A stretch of 64,000 bases of DNA from Candidatus Cloacimonadales bacterium (GTDB taxonomy: Bacteria > Cloacimonadota > Cloacimonadia > Cloacimonadales > JAIOQZ01). This document shows, one piece after another, positions 1 through 8,943 of the stretch. Below the pieces are notes generated by a model. It did no database searches. It was not told the origin of the DNA and was given only the letters and a program-made list of their open reading frames with translations. Where the stretch lies: the NCBI GenBank assembly GCA_963662655.2, contig CAXXTU010000002.1:32001-96000 (forward strand), read 5' to 3'. Both the position numbers and the translations under genes were made by a program. Positions within the stretch are counted from its first letter, which is position 1; each line of letters starts with the position of its first letter.

Positions 1-647
1 GTGTTGGGATTGGTGAGCATGAACCCGGCGACGTCCTCCGATATCAGGGCCTTCAGTTCTTCGATATCGACTTTACCCTTCTCGTTCGATTTGAGCTCGA
101 TAACCTCGAAGCCGGCCAGGGTGCAGCTTGCCGGATTTGTTCCGTGGGCGGAATCCGGGAGGATGATTTTACGTTTGTGGTGATTGCCTTTGGCCTTGTG
201 ATAGGCGTGAATAACCTTCAGTCCCGTAAATTCGCCCTGCGCTCCGGCAACGGGCTGAAGCGTGACATCGGCCATTCCCGAAATCTCTGCGAGGTCGTTC
301 TGGAGCTCGAACAGGATTTCCAGCGCGCCCTGAACGGTGCTCTGGGGCTGCAAGGGGTGAACGTCCATGAACCCGGCGTTTCGTACGAGTGTCTCGTTGA
401 TTTTGGGATTGTATTTCATGGTGCAGGAGCCCAGTGGATAGAATCCCTTCTCGATGAAGTGATTCAGGTGGGATAGCTCGATGAAGTGACGCATCACGTC
501 GAGTTCACTCACTTCCGGCAGGGGAAGCTCGTCCTTGCGGAGGAATTTCTGCGGAATGATGTTTTCGATTTTGCCCTGAACATCGTTCTTGGGAAGCGAG
601 AAGCCAACGCGTCCCGCGGAGTGTTTTTCGAAGATTGTCTTAGCCAT
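1..647 (-). CDS. gcvPB: Glycine dehydrogenase (decarboxylating) subunit 2, 5' part; runs off the left edge of the window
   Basis: Not in the ORF track. Manual translation from ATG at 647 gives MAKTIFEK...LPEVSELDVMRHF...FYPLGSCTMKYNPKINE...TLQPVAGAQGEFTGL...PDSAHGTNPAS...FMLTNPNT, all GcvPB motifs. Start overlaps the gcvPA stop. Confidence 0.95.
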   Translation of the reverse strand, partial: MAKTIFEKHSAGRVGFSLPKNDVQGKIENIIPQKFLRKDELPLPEVSELDVMRHFIELSHLNHFIEKGFYPLGSCTMKYNPKINETLVRNAGFMDVHPLQPQSTVQGALEILFELQNDLAEISGMADVTLQPVAGAQGEFTGLKVIHAYHKAKGNHHKRKIILPDSAHGTNPASCTLAGFEVIELKSNEKGKVDIEELKALISEDVAGFMLTNPN

Positions 648-1984
648 TATAAAACCTCCCCAAGCGCTTTGACGAACGCGTCAATGTCCGCTTTGGTTTT
701 CTTCTCCGTTACGGCAATCAGGAGTCCGTTTTCCATGCCGGTTTCGGCAAGATCGACTCCCGCGAGGATATCCTTTTCAACAAGCTTATCGATGATCTGA
801 GCCGCCGGGACAGGCGTCTTCACGGTGAATTCCTTGAAGAACGGCTGATCGAAAGCGACCTGAAATCCCTCCAGCTTGCCGATCTCGTCCGCGAGGTAGT
901 GGGCCTTGATGGCAGATTGCTCTGCCACTTCCCGCAGACCGTTCTTGCCCATCAGGCACATGTATACGGTCGCGGCAAGGCAGGCCAGCGATTGATTGGA
1001 GCAAATGTTCGAGGTGGCTTTCTCGCGGCGGATGTGCTGCTCTCGCGTTTGAAGCGTAAGCGCATAGCCTCGTTTGCCGTCCAGATCGATCGTTCCGCCC
1101 ACGATGCGTCCGGGCATGGAGCGTTGAAGCTTGAAGCTTGAAGCGAAGAATCCGAAGAGCGGTCCACCGTAGTTGATTTTGTTACCAAGGGCCTGTCCTT
1201 CGCCCACCACGATATCCGCGTTGTATTCGCGGGGAGAATTCAGCACGTTGAGCGAGATGGGATCGACTGCCGCGATGAGGAGCGTCTTCTTCTGCGCATG
1301 CGCGATTCGATCGATCTCGAACATGTCCTCGATGCAGCCATAGTAGTTGGGCGTCTGAACCAGGACGCCGGCGGTGTCTTTGTCGACGAGCTTTTCCAGC
1401 TCGGCCATATCCGTGACACCGTCTTTTTGCGGCGCGATAACCAGATCGAGCCCGATGTCTTCGGTATAGGATTTGATTACGTTGTAAAATCTGGGGTGAA
1501 GCGTTCCCGCCAGGACGACCTTTTCCTTTCTGGTCGCGCGAGAGGCCATCAGGAGCGCTTCGGCAGCGGCGGTCGCGCCGTCGTACATTCCCGCGTTGGC
1601 GATTTCCATTCCGGTCAATTCACAGATGAGGGTTTGGAACTCGTAGATGAACTGAAGGGTCCCCTGACTGACCTCTGCCTGGTAAGGCGTATAGGCGGTG
1701 AGGAACTCCGGGCGGATGATAATGTGGTCAACCGCGGCAGGAATGAAGTGGTCGTACACACCGGCTCCCATGAATGAATTCATGCATTCGGAGTGGTGGT
1801 TTTTCGCTGCAATGCGGTTGATGCGTCTGGTGACCTCGAGCTCGGATAGAGGTTCGTCCAGCTTGAGCAGGCCTTTCAGGCGTAGTTCTTCGGGGATATT
1901 GGCAAGCAAATCCTCGAATTTCGCTACACCGATCGCATCCAGCATTTCTTTTCGCTCTTTGTCGGTATTGGAAATAAACGGCAT
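647..1984 (-). CDS. gcvPA: Glycine dehydrogenase (decarboxylating) subunit 1
   Basis: Motifs FMGAGVYDHFIP, TAYTPYQAEVSQG, YDGATAAAEA, LQTREQHIRREKATSNICSNQ. Confidence 0.97.
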   Translation of the reverse strand: MPFISNTDKERKEMLDAIGVAKFEDLLANIPEELRLKGLLKLDEPLSELEVTRRINRIAAKNHHSECMNSFMGAGVYDHFIPAAVDHIIIRPEFLTAYTPYQAEVSQGTLQFIYEFQTLICELTGMEIANAGMYDGATAAAEALLMASRATRKEKVVLAGTLHPRFYNVIKSYTEDIGLDLVIAPQKDGVTDMAELEKLVDKDTAGVLVQTPNYYGCIEDMFEIDRIAHAQKKTLLIAAVDPISLNVLNSPREYNADIVVGEGQALGNKINYGGPLFGFFASSFKLQRSMPGRIVGGTIDLDGKRGYALTLQTREQHIRREKATSNICSNQSLACLAATVYMCLMGKNGLREVAEQSAIKAHYLADEIGKLEGFQVAFDQPFFKEFTVKTPVPAAQIIDKLVEKDILAGVDLAETGMENGLLIAVTEKKTKADIDAFVKALGEVL

Positions 1985-2011
1985 AATATCTCCTTTATCT
2001 ATACATATCGA

Positions 2012-2485
2012 TCAATCTTCTTGAAGTCCGTTGAGCTCGGACGGATCGAACCACGTCATCGCTCCATGGATACGCTCGATTTCGTCTTCCAGGAGCTGCT
2101 TGTGGTTGTCTTCCTCGGAGGCTAGATAGTTGAAGAGCTCTTTGATCTCATCGTTATCCGTCTGAGCCGCGAGTTCATCGTATTTGTCGTGAGCGGATTG
2201 CTCCATCGAAATGGCAAACTGAAGGACATCGTTGGCGTCTTTCAGATCGATTTCGCTATGGAAGGAGTACATCGCTTTGGGATCGATTTCCGGCTTCTCA
2301 TTCGGAAAAAGCTTCTCGAATTGCTCTATCAACTTCTGCTTGTGGATATTCTCCAGCTCGATGAGCTCTTTGAATATGCTGCCGACCTCTGCTTCGAAGA
2401 AGGCTTTATGAAGAAGCGAATACAGGTTTTTCGCCTTGATCTCGTTTTGGATGCCGAAGAGAAATGCTTCTTTGATTGTATCCAT
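2012..2485 (-). CDS. Ferritin-like / rubrerythrin-family diiron protein
   Basis: Two helix pairs with ExxH ligands (ELENIH, EEDNH) and upstream Glu (QNE, SME); no rubredoxin tail. Confidence 0.8.
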   Translation of the reverse strand: MDTIKEAFLFGIQNEIKAKNLYSLLHKAFFEAEVGSIFKELIELENIHKQKLIEQFEKLFPNEKPEIDPKAMYSFHSEIDLKDANDVLQFAISMEQSAHDKYDELAAQTDNDEIKELFNYLASEEDNHKQLLEDEIERIHGAMTWFDPSELNGLQED

Positions 2486-2514
2486 GTTTACACTCCTTTC
2501 GATGGGTTCTGCAT

Positions 2515-3708
2515 TTATTGTATGCGTTCGAGATTCTTTTGGGCAATCTCGAAATCGGGTTGTAATTTCAAACTCTTTTCAAGCAGGGGACGAGCCTGAT
2601 CCGCACGGGCGCTGTCGATCATGATGGTCGCAAGGTTGTTCATCGCGCGGTAGTCCTCCGGAGTTTGCTCCAGGACAATCTTGTAGAAGCGTTCGGCCTT
2701 CTCCGGTTCTCCGCTTGTTTGCATGATCGTTGCGAGGGTATATCGCGCTTCGGTGAAATTTCCGTCGATCTCAACGGCGTTTTGCAGGTACTTGCGAGCC
2801 TTCTCGGCATTCTGATGGAAATAGTGGTACATCCCCATGTAGTACTGAAGGTCGGCGGAATCCGGGAAGAATTTCAGGAATTTATCGATGTACTCCCAGC
2901 ACTTGCCATCCGCCTGCTGCTGTAGATAGAGTGCGGCCTGGTTCATGATCTTCTGTTGATCGCGATAGATTTCCGCTTTGCCATACACGCGCGATTCGAG
3001 CTTCCACTGGTCGTTCTCGTCGAGGAAATGCAGCGTCATATCGATCTTGCCGTTGATCTCGTACTGGACGAGCGCTTCGCGTTTGTTATCGCTGAGCGCG
3101 GAGGAAATCAAGTCGAAACGGGTCATTCGCTTCATGTTGGAATCTTTCTGGATGCGCATGATGAAATTCTCAACAAGCTCTGGATCGTCGTTCGTCCATG
3201 CCTTGCGCAGGAAATTCGGGAGGGAATCCCAGTCCTGCTCCACGATGGTTCGGAGAAACCGGTTACCAATCGCTTCATGACTGACGGTCTTCGATTTCTC
3301 TTTCTTGAGCTGGATGTTGAGTAAATCCGCCAGGTATTCCACGGGAAGCTCGGCGATGATCTTGAGCTGTTCCACGAGGTCAGTCAGCTCCTTCTTCTCG
3401 TCCGCCTTCTCCGACATCTTGATCGGAACCTTGCCGCCAAAAATCTTCTGCGGCTCGAACACCCAGCGTTTCATGAGCTTTTTGAGCAGGTCCTGATACT
3501 CGCTGCGCGATTCGACCTTCACGCTGGAGGCGAAGATTTCATCGGGATTCTTCTTCGGGAAGTAGCGACACGCCTCGGGGCATTTCTCGTCGATGCGGAG
3601 TTCGTTGCAGCAATGCCAGCAAATTTCCTTTCCGATGCGGATACAGAATCGATGCCCGGGATGCGCCTTACATTTGTTGCAGCGATCGGATTTAAAGATT
3701 TTGAGCAT
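2515..3708 (-). CDS. TPR-repeat protein with N-terminal Cys-rich putative metal-binding domain
   Basis: CNKC...FC...CWHCC...C...C at the N-terminus; about four TPR units at the C-terminus. Confidence 0.75.
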   Translation of the reverse strand: MLKIFKSDRCNKCKAHPGHRFCIRIGKEICWHCCNELRIDEKCPEACRYFPKKNPDEIFASSVKVESRSEYQDLLKKLMKRWVFEPQKIFGGKVPIKMSEKADEKKELTDLVEQLKIIAELPVEYLADLLNIQLKKEKSKTVSHEAIGNRFLRTIVEQDWDSLPNFLRKAWTNDDPELVENFIMRIQKDSNMKRMTRFDLISSALSDNKREALVQYEINGKIDMTLHFLDENDQWKLESRVYGKAEIYRDQQKIMNQAALYLQQQADGKCWEYIDKFLKFFPDSADLQYYMGMYHYFHQNAEKARKYLQNAVEIDGNFTEARYTLATIMQTSGEPEKAERFYKIVLEQTPEDYRAMNNLATIMIDSARADQARPLLEKSLKLQPDFEIAQKNLERIQ

Positions 3709-3717
3709 TTTTCACCT

Positions 3718-4488
3718 TCAGGAAAGCTTGGGGGATGGCGGCATCTGCCGTTTGAACGCAGACCTTTTCACCAACCGGATCGTCTTCTCGATATCGTTCA
3801 TCTGGTACCCCGAGTCGGCAATTTCCTCGGCGGTCCACTCGAGTTCGATCAGGTGATAGAGGATTTTGTCCAGCGTAGCGTAGGTGATACCCAGCTCGCC
3901 TTCGTCCGTCTGGCCGTCCCAGAGATCGGCCGTGGGCTTCTTTTCGATAACGGACTTCGGAAGGCCGAGGCTCTTCGCCATTTCCCATACTTCGGTTTTA
4001 TAGATGTGGCCGATGGGCTCGAACGCGCATGCGCCGTCACCGTGCTGCGTAACGTAGCCGATGAGCAGCTCCGTCTTGTTGCCGGTTCCCACCACTAGTG
4101 CGTTGAGCTTGGCCGATTGGTCGTAGAGAACGCACATGCGTTCACGAGCCATACGGTTGCCTCGTCTCAAAGGGGGAGCATCCGGTTCGTATGTGTTGAA
4201 ATAGGCGTCCACCATGGGCGTAATCTCGATGACAAAGCTGTCGATTCCCAGTTGATCCGCCACTTCCTTCGCGTGGTTGTAGCTGTCGGGATGGCTTCCG
4301 CGATAGGGAAGCATGATTCCGGTAACGTTCTCTCTTCCCACAGCCATAACCGATAAAGCAGCTGCGAGCGATGAATCGATGCCGCCCGAGAGACCGATGA
4401 CAAGCTTGTCCATGCCGGCTTGCTTCAGTTGCTGCCGGATGAAATCAACGATATGTTCAACTTCTTGTTGGAGATCGATTTTCCTCAT
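3718..4488 (-). CDS. nadE: NH3-dependent NAD+ synthetase
   Basis: GLSGGIDSS, GNRMARERM, GTGNKTE, PTADLWDGQTDE; start refined to MRKIDL behind a GAGG RBS. Confidence 0.95.
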   Translation of the reverse strand: MRKIDLQQEVEHIVDFIRQQLKQAGMDKLVIGLSGGIDSSLAAALSVMAVGRENVTGIMLPYRGSHPDSYNHAKEVADQLGIDSFVIEITPMVDAYFNTYEPDAPPLRRGNRMARERMCVLYDQSAKLNALVVGTGNKTELLIGYVTQHGDGACAFEPIGHIYKTEVWEMAKSLGLPKSVIEKKPTADLWDGQTDEGELGITYATLDKILYHLIELEWTAEEIADSGYQMNDIEKTIRLVKRSAFKRQMPPSPKLS

Positions 4489-4496
4489 AAATAACC

Positions 4497-5009
4497 TCAT
4501 TGATCGTATGGCGCACATATAATCTCAAGCACTTTCGCGTCAACAAAATCAGAGGCAAATCCTGGAATTAAAACCACGGCCGTATCCAGAAGGTTTTCCC
4601 GGCCTCCGACGCACAGAATTTTATCGCCGGATTGGACGATTTCGCAAATCAGAGCCATGCTGCCGATGCGCAGGCTCTCCTTGAGGGACTTGCTCATCAA
4701 TTCCAGACTCACCTTCACCAGCTCGTGCGGGAGGCGATGGATATCGAGCTCGGGAAGGTTCTTGACTCGCGCTTTTCGATACATCTCCGGTTTGATGATC
4801 AACATCCCCTTCTCGATCTGCTCATCGCAGAATTCGGTAGTGATATTGTCGGTGTATTTCTCGACCATGAAAAAGGGATTGAATCGCTGGAAAAGTTCGA
4901 TCGTCTCCGGTTTCTTAAGCGCAACGGCCACAGGAATGTCGGGGTCGCACTGATCGAGAATCTTCGCGACTTCACGGTCGCTATGCTCATTCGGATTGAT
5001 GATATACAT
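4497..5009 (-). CDS. Hypothetical protein, possibly a stand-alone pyruvate-kinase C-terminal-like alpha/beta domain
   Basis: C-terminal GDKILCVGG...LDTAVVL.P......KVLEIIC.P resembles PK_C-type proteins. Confidence 0.5.
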   Translation of the reverse strand: MYIINPNEHSDREVAKILDQCDPDIPVAVALKKPETIELFQRFNPFFMVEKYTDNITTEFCDEQIEKGMLIIKPEMYRKARVKNLPELDIHRLPHELVKVSLELMSKSLKESLRIGSMALICEIVQSGDKILCVGGRENLLDTAVVLIPGFASDFVDAKVLEIICAPYDQ

Positions 5010-5191
5010 ACTGCACCACCTTTACCTTTGAACCGTATCATTCACGGCCCATGATCATTTTCCCATTTAAATAACCCCGGTGTGGATGTTAAGAAAAAAA
5101 ACAGTTTTTTTCTTGCGGGTTTTCCTTGCGCATCCATAATTACAATAGAAATGTTGTCGCCGATGCGATATTCTATAATATTGGAGTCCTC

Positions 5192-6958
5192 ATGAAACAG
5201 ATCGTTACGGTTGTTATTGTGTTAATCGTTGCATTTCTTAGTGCTTCTGAAAGCGTTTATCTCACGGTGAAAAATCCGGATAACGCACTGGTGCGGAAAC
5301 TTGATATAGTCCATCGCGAGTATGCCCGTAACAATGGAAACGGGACCCTGCAATTTCTTGCGGATGTCGAAATGCTCGATTTTATTGAAAAAAACAACTA
5401 CGAGTACACCGTTCGCGGCACCCGGGAGGAACTTCAGCGCGAGCTCGAAGAATACCACAACTATTCGGAAGTACTAACCGAGCTTGAAGAGTATTCTTCC
5501 AGCTATGATGATATCGTTCAACTCAGTTCACTGGGCCCTTCTTATGGCAAAATATACTACGATAACGGCAACAATTCCTACTCCGCTCTTCAGCATGAGA
5601 TATGGCTCATGAAAGTCTCGGATAATCCGGATGTCGAAGAGGATGAGCCCAATGTTTTCATCGGTGGCGGTATTCACGGAAGAGAGGTTATCAGCGTCGA
5701 AGTAGCGATGTTTGTGCTCCAGCATATTCTCGAAAACTACGGCACGGACGACGCGATTACAGAGCTGGTGGACAACAACCAGATATGGTTCGTTCCGCTG
5801 ATGAATCCGGATGGACACCGACTTAGCGTTTATGAGCTCGACCTGTTTCACCGAAAGAACATGCGCGATAACAACGAAAACCAGTTGCCGAACTATTCTT
5901 CTATAGATGGAGTGGATCTCAATCGTAATTTTGGTTACGTGTGGGGAAACAACCATGCCTCCGACGCTTATAGCTCGGAGCTTTACCACGGCCCCGAAGC
6001 GTGGTCGGAGCCGGAAGTGTGCTACATTCGCGATTTGATTCGCGAGCGACGTTTCTGGGGGGCGATTACCTATCATTCGTCCGGCGAATATGTGATGTAC
6101 CCATTGGGATTTCTCGACGGGGTTTGCTCGTACGACCACGAAATCATGGGCGCTCTCTCCGACGCGATGGCCGAGAGTATTCCTCGCATTAATGCCATGG
6201 GCTACTACCAATCGATTCAGTGTGTTGATTACGGATACACCTGCCAGGGCACCATGGGCGATTGGGGATACTCGGAGCAGCGAATCTTCGGCTTCACGAT
6301 CGAGCTCGCGGACGAGAGTTTCCCGGAGGAGATCGATGAAATCTGCCAGGACAATCTTGAAGCGGCGCTGATGTTCATCGGTCGTGCTTCCCAATCGACG
6401 CTTTCCGGTGTTATCACCGATCCGGAAAGAAATCCCCTTGTTGCGGACGTGTACGTGGAGGAGATCGATGGCCAGGAGGGAATGACTCCGGTGGAGCCTT
6501 CACGCAGCAATGCAATGTTCGGGCGGTATATCCGTCCTCTATTGCCGGGAAGTTACACGGTCCGTTTCGAACACGAGAATTACAACCCGATCACGGTTGA
6601 AGATGTTGAAATTCACGAGGATAGCAATACATACCTGAATATAACAATGGGTGGAAGCGGTGTTGATAATGATATCGTCGCACCATCCCTTTCGATTGTC
6701 AATTACCCCAATCCGTTCAATCCGGAAACGATAATCGCCATGAGCCTGCCTTCTTCGACAAATATCGATGTGACGCTTTACGACGTCAAGGGCCGGAAGG
6801 TGAAAAAGCTTTTCTCCGGTCGAAGCGAGCAAAATCAGCTTCGGCTGACCTGGGATGGAACCGATGACCAGGGAAGTAAGGTATCCTCCGGAATCTACTT
6901 TGTGCAGGCCAGGACGGCATCTTGTCAGTTAACCCATAAACTCATGCTGGTGAAATGA
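5192..6958 (+). CDS. Secreted M14 zinc carboxypeptidase with carboxypeptidase regulatory-like domain and C-terminal T9SS/FlgD-Ig-type domain
   Basis: Signal peptide; HGRE, RKN, DLNRN, TYHS, TIEL; C-terminal NYPNPFNPET...WDG.D..G..VSSGIYF...KLMLVK. Confidence 0.9.
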   Translation: MKQIVTVVIVLIVAFLSASESVYLTVKNPDNALVRKLDIVHREYARNNGNGTLQFLADVEMLDFIEKNNYEYTVRGTREELQRELEEYHNYSEVLTELEEYSSSYDDIVQLSSLGPSYGKIYYDNGNNSYSALQHEIWLMKVSDNPDVEEDEPNVFIGGGIHGREVISVEVAMFVLQHILENYGTDDAITELVDNNQIWFVPLMNPDGHRLSVYELDLFHRKNMRDNNENQLPNYSSIDGVDLNRNFGYVWGNNHASDAYSSELYHGPEAWSEPEVCYIRDLIRERRFWGAITYHSSGEYVMYPLGFLDGVCSYDHEIMGALSDAMAESIPRINAMGYYQSIQCVDYGYTCQGTMGDWGYSEQRIFGFTIELADESFPEEIDEICQDNLEAALMFIGRASQSTLSGVITDPERNPLVADVYVEEIDGQEGMTPVEPSRSNAMFGRYIRPLLPGSYTVRFEHENYNPITVEDVEIHEDSNTYLNITMGGSGVDNDIVAPSLSIVNYPNPFNPETIIAMSLPSSTNIDVTLYDVKGRKVKKLFSGRSEQNQLRLTWDGTDDQGSKVSSGIYFVQARTASCQLTHKLMLVK

Positions 6959-8679
6959 TGAAGAAACTTGCGATTCTCCTTTTACTCCTTGCTGTGATGG
7001 TTTTCAACGTGTGCTGGGCGGTGGAACAAGAAACTACCCATGCACCAATTGTCGAGTTCTCCGTGACCAATGGCGATGCGGCGTTGATGAAATGGCTGAT
7101 GGACAATGAATACTTGAGTGATTTCCACCAGCAACCGCAATCCCTTCATTTTACCGGCGACGCTGCCGCCCGGGCGCATTTGGCCAGTCATGGATACACC
7201 TTTGAGGAATATACCGTCGATGTGGATCGGTATCTGAGCGGCTATCAGCCCTACGGCGTGATTGCCGACAGCATTTTCGCATTAGCCGCGATGTATCCCG
7301 ATATCACGCAGCTCATCGATTACGGTCCCACGACCTGCCATACCTATTACCTGAATGGAAACGTAGATTACGAGGATTTGCAATTCAACGTATATTGCCT
7401 GAAGCTCTCCGACAATCCTGACGCGGAAGAGGACGAACCTAACGTCTATTTCGCGGGGGGAATCCACGCGCGTGAGACCATCAGCGTGGAAGTGACCATG
7501 CATGTCCTGACGTGGCTCCTGGAAAATTACGGGATCGATAGCGACGCGACGAATTGGATCGACAACAACCAGATTTGGGTGATTCCGGTAATCAATCCCG
7601 ACGGCTACGAAGTGGCGGTGCAAGAGTGGCATGCGTACCACCGTAAGAACATGCGGGATAACGATGGCGACGGCGCTCCCGATTTCAGTACCACAGACGG
7701 CGTGGATTTGAATCGTAATTTCGGGTATGTGTGGGGTCCCAACGGCACTTCGAGCAATCCCTCCAACAGCTTGTACAACGGCCCCTTCGCGTGGTCTGAA
7801 ATTGAAACAGTTTACATGCGCGAGATGATCCAGGCGAGGAGATTCTGGGGCGGAATCACGTACCACTCTTACGGGGAGTGGGTAATCTATCCGCTTGGGC
7901 ATATAGATGGAGCTTGTTCGCTGGATCACGAGATTATGAATGAACTGGCGGTCGATATGGCTGCAACGATTCCTCAGATTGACGGAACGGGGCACTATAC
8001 GCCCGTGCAGGCTTCTGATTTCTCATACACCTGCCAGGGTACGATGGGTGACTGGTCATACTCTGAAGAGCGAGTATTCGGCTTCACGATCGAGCTCAAT
8101 CACTTCTCCTTTGGCGGGTATTATCCACCGCCGCCGTATATCGACCAAATCAAGGCGGACAATCTCGAAGCGGCGTTAATGTTTCTGGATCGAATCAATC
8201 GCCAGACGCTCGTCGGGCATATCACAGACGAAACCGGTGCGCCGGTCGAGGCGGAGGTGTGGGTAATGGGCATCGATGATCAACTGGGATTGTCGCCCGT
8301 CGAGCCTTACCAATGTGACGCGAATACAGGCCGATACGAGCGACCTCTTTTGCCCGGGACTTATCAGGTGACGTTCAAGGCTTTGGGATACTTCGATTGC
8401 GTTTTTGACAATGTAACCATCGATGTAAATAACAATACGGTTGTGAATCCTGTTCTTTACGGAGAAACGGTGCTCTCGTGCCTGATTTCAGCCGAAAACA
8501 ACCAGGTAGAGCTTTCCTGGAACGATCCGGACGGCTTCGATTACTCCGTGACTTCCTGCGAGACGCCTGATGGAGATTTCGAGGTGGATGAATCCGGGCA
8601 GTTTACCCGAGACAACGTCTGGACCGCGCCTCTGATCGAGCCCAGGAGATTCTACCGCGTTCACCGGGCTGCCCGATAG
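6955..8679 (+). CDS. Secreted M14 zinc carboxypeptidase, tandem paralog with a different C-terminal domain
   Basis: HARE, RKN, DLNRN, TYHS, TIEL; long identical blocks shared with the upstream gene (GVDLNRNFGYVWG, YTCQGTMGDW); ends ...PRRFYRVHRAAR. Confidence 0.9.
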   Translation: MMKKLAILLLLLAVMVFNVCWAVEQETTHAPIVEFSVTNGDAALMKWLMDNEYLSDFHQQPQSLHFTGDAAARAHLASHGYTFEEYTVDVDRYLSGYQPYGVIADSIFALAAMYPDITQLIDYGPTTCHTYYLNGNVDYEDLQFNVYCLKLSDNPDAEEDEPNVYFAGGIHARETISVEVTMHVLTWLLENYGIDSDATNWIDNNQIWVIPVINPDGYEVAVQEWHAYHRKNMRDNDGDGAPDFSTTDGVDLNRNFGYVWGPNGTSSNPSNSLYNGPFAWSEIETVYMREMIQARRFWGGITYHSYGEWVIYPLGHIDGACSLDHEIMNELAVDMAATIPQIDGTGHYTPVQASDFSYTCQGTMGDWSYSEERVFGFTIELNHFSFGGYYPPPPYIDQIKADNLEAALMFLDRINRQTLVGHITDETGAPVEAEVWVMGIDDQLGLSPVEPYQCDANTGRYERPLLPGTYQVTFKALGYFDCVFDNVTIDVNNNTVVNPVLYGETVLSCLISAENNQVELSWNDPDGFDYSVTSCETPDGDFEVDESGQFTRDNVWTAPLIEPRRFYRVHRAAR

Positions 8680-8736
8680 AGGATATCTTTACCCGCCTGA
8701 TCTGTTTTTTTGCGAAGAAAACACGGATTCCTCAAA

Positions 8737-8803
8737 GAGTCGAAGGGTCAATCGATGTCTAAACTTCGATACGATTCAGTTAACTGAATCACTCAGCATG
8801 ACA
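8737..8803. repeat. Degenerate dyad of the REP-like repeat family
   Basis: GAGTCGAAGG ... CTTCGAT-[ACGATTCAGTTAACTGAATC]-ACTCAGCATGACA matches both ends of TGTCATCCTGAGCGGAGTCGAAGGA. Confidence 0.55.
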
Positions 8804-8854
8804 TCGGAGGGTAACCTCTACTCACTCGATTTGCAACAGAGCCACATTCTTACA

Positions 8855-8894
8855 TAAAAGGAATCGCTCCCGATGAGGGGAATCGGGAGCGAAT
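8855..8894 (-). terminator. Probable intrinsic terminator of the C25 peptidase gene
   Basis: 11-bp stem TCGCTCCCGAT/ATCGGGAGCGA followed on the minus strand by TTCCTTTTAT. Confidence 0.6.
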
Positions 8895-8943
8895 GGGTTT
8901 TCTTCACAGCTCATGAAGCCGGAAGAAGGAGGAGAATCAAAAT

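Noticed and set aside
8721..8735. 15-nt exact match ACACGGATTCCTCAA to the minus strand at 46245-46259 (tRNA-His promoter region)
   Set aside because: A few matches of this length are expected by chance in 64 kb; no flanking similarity
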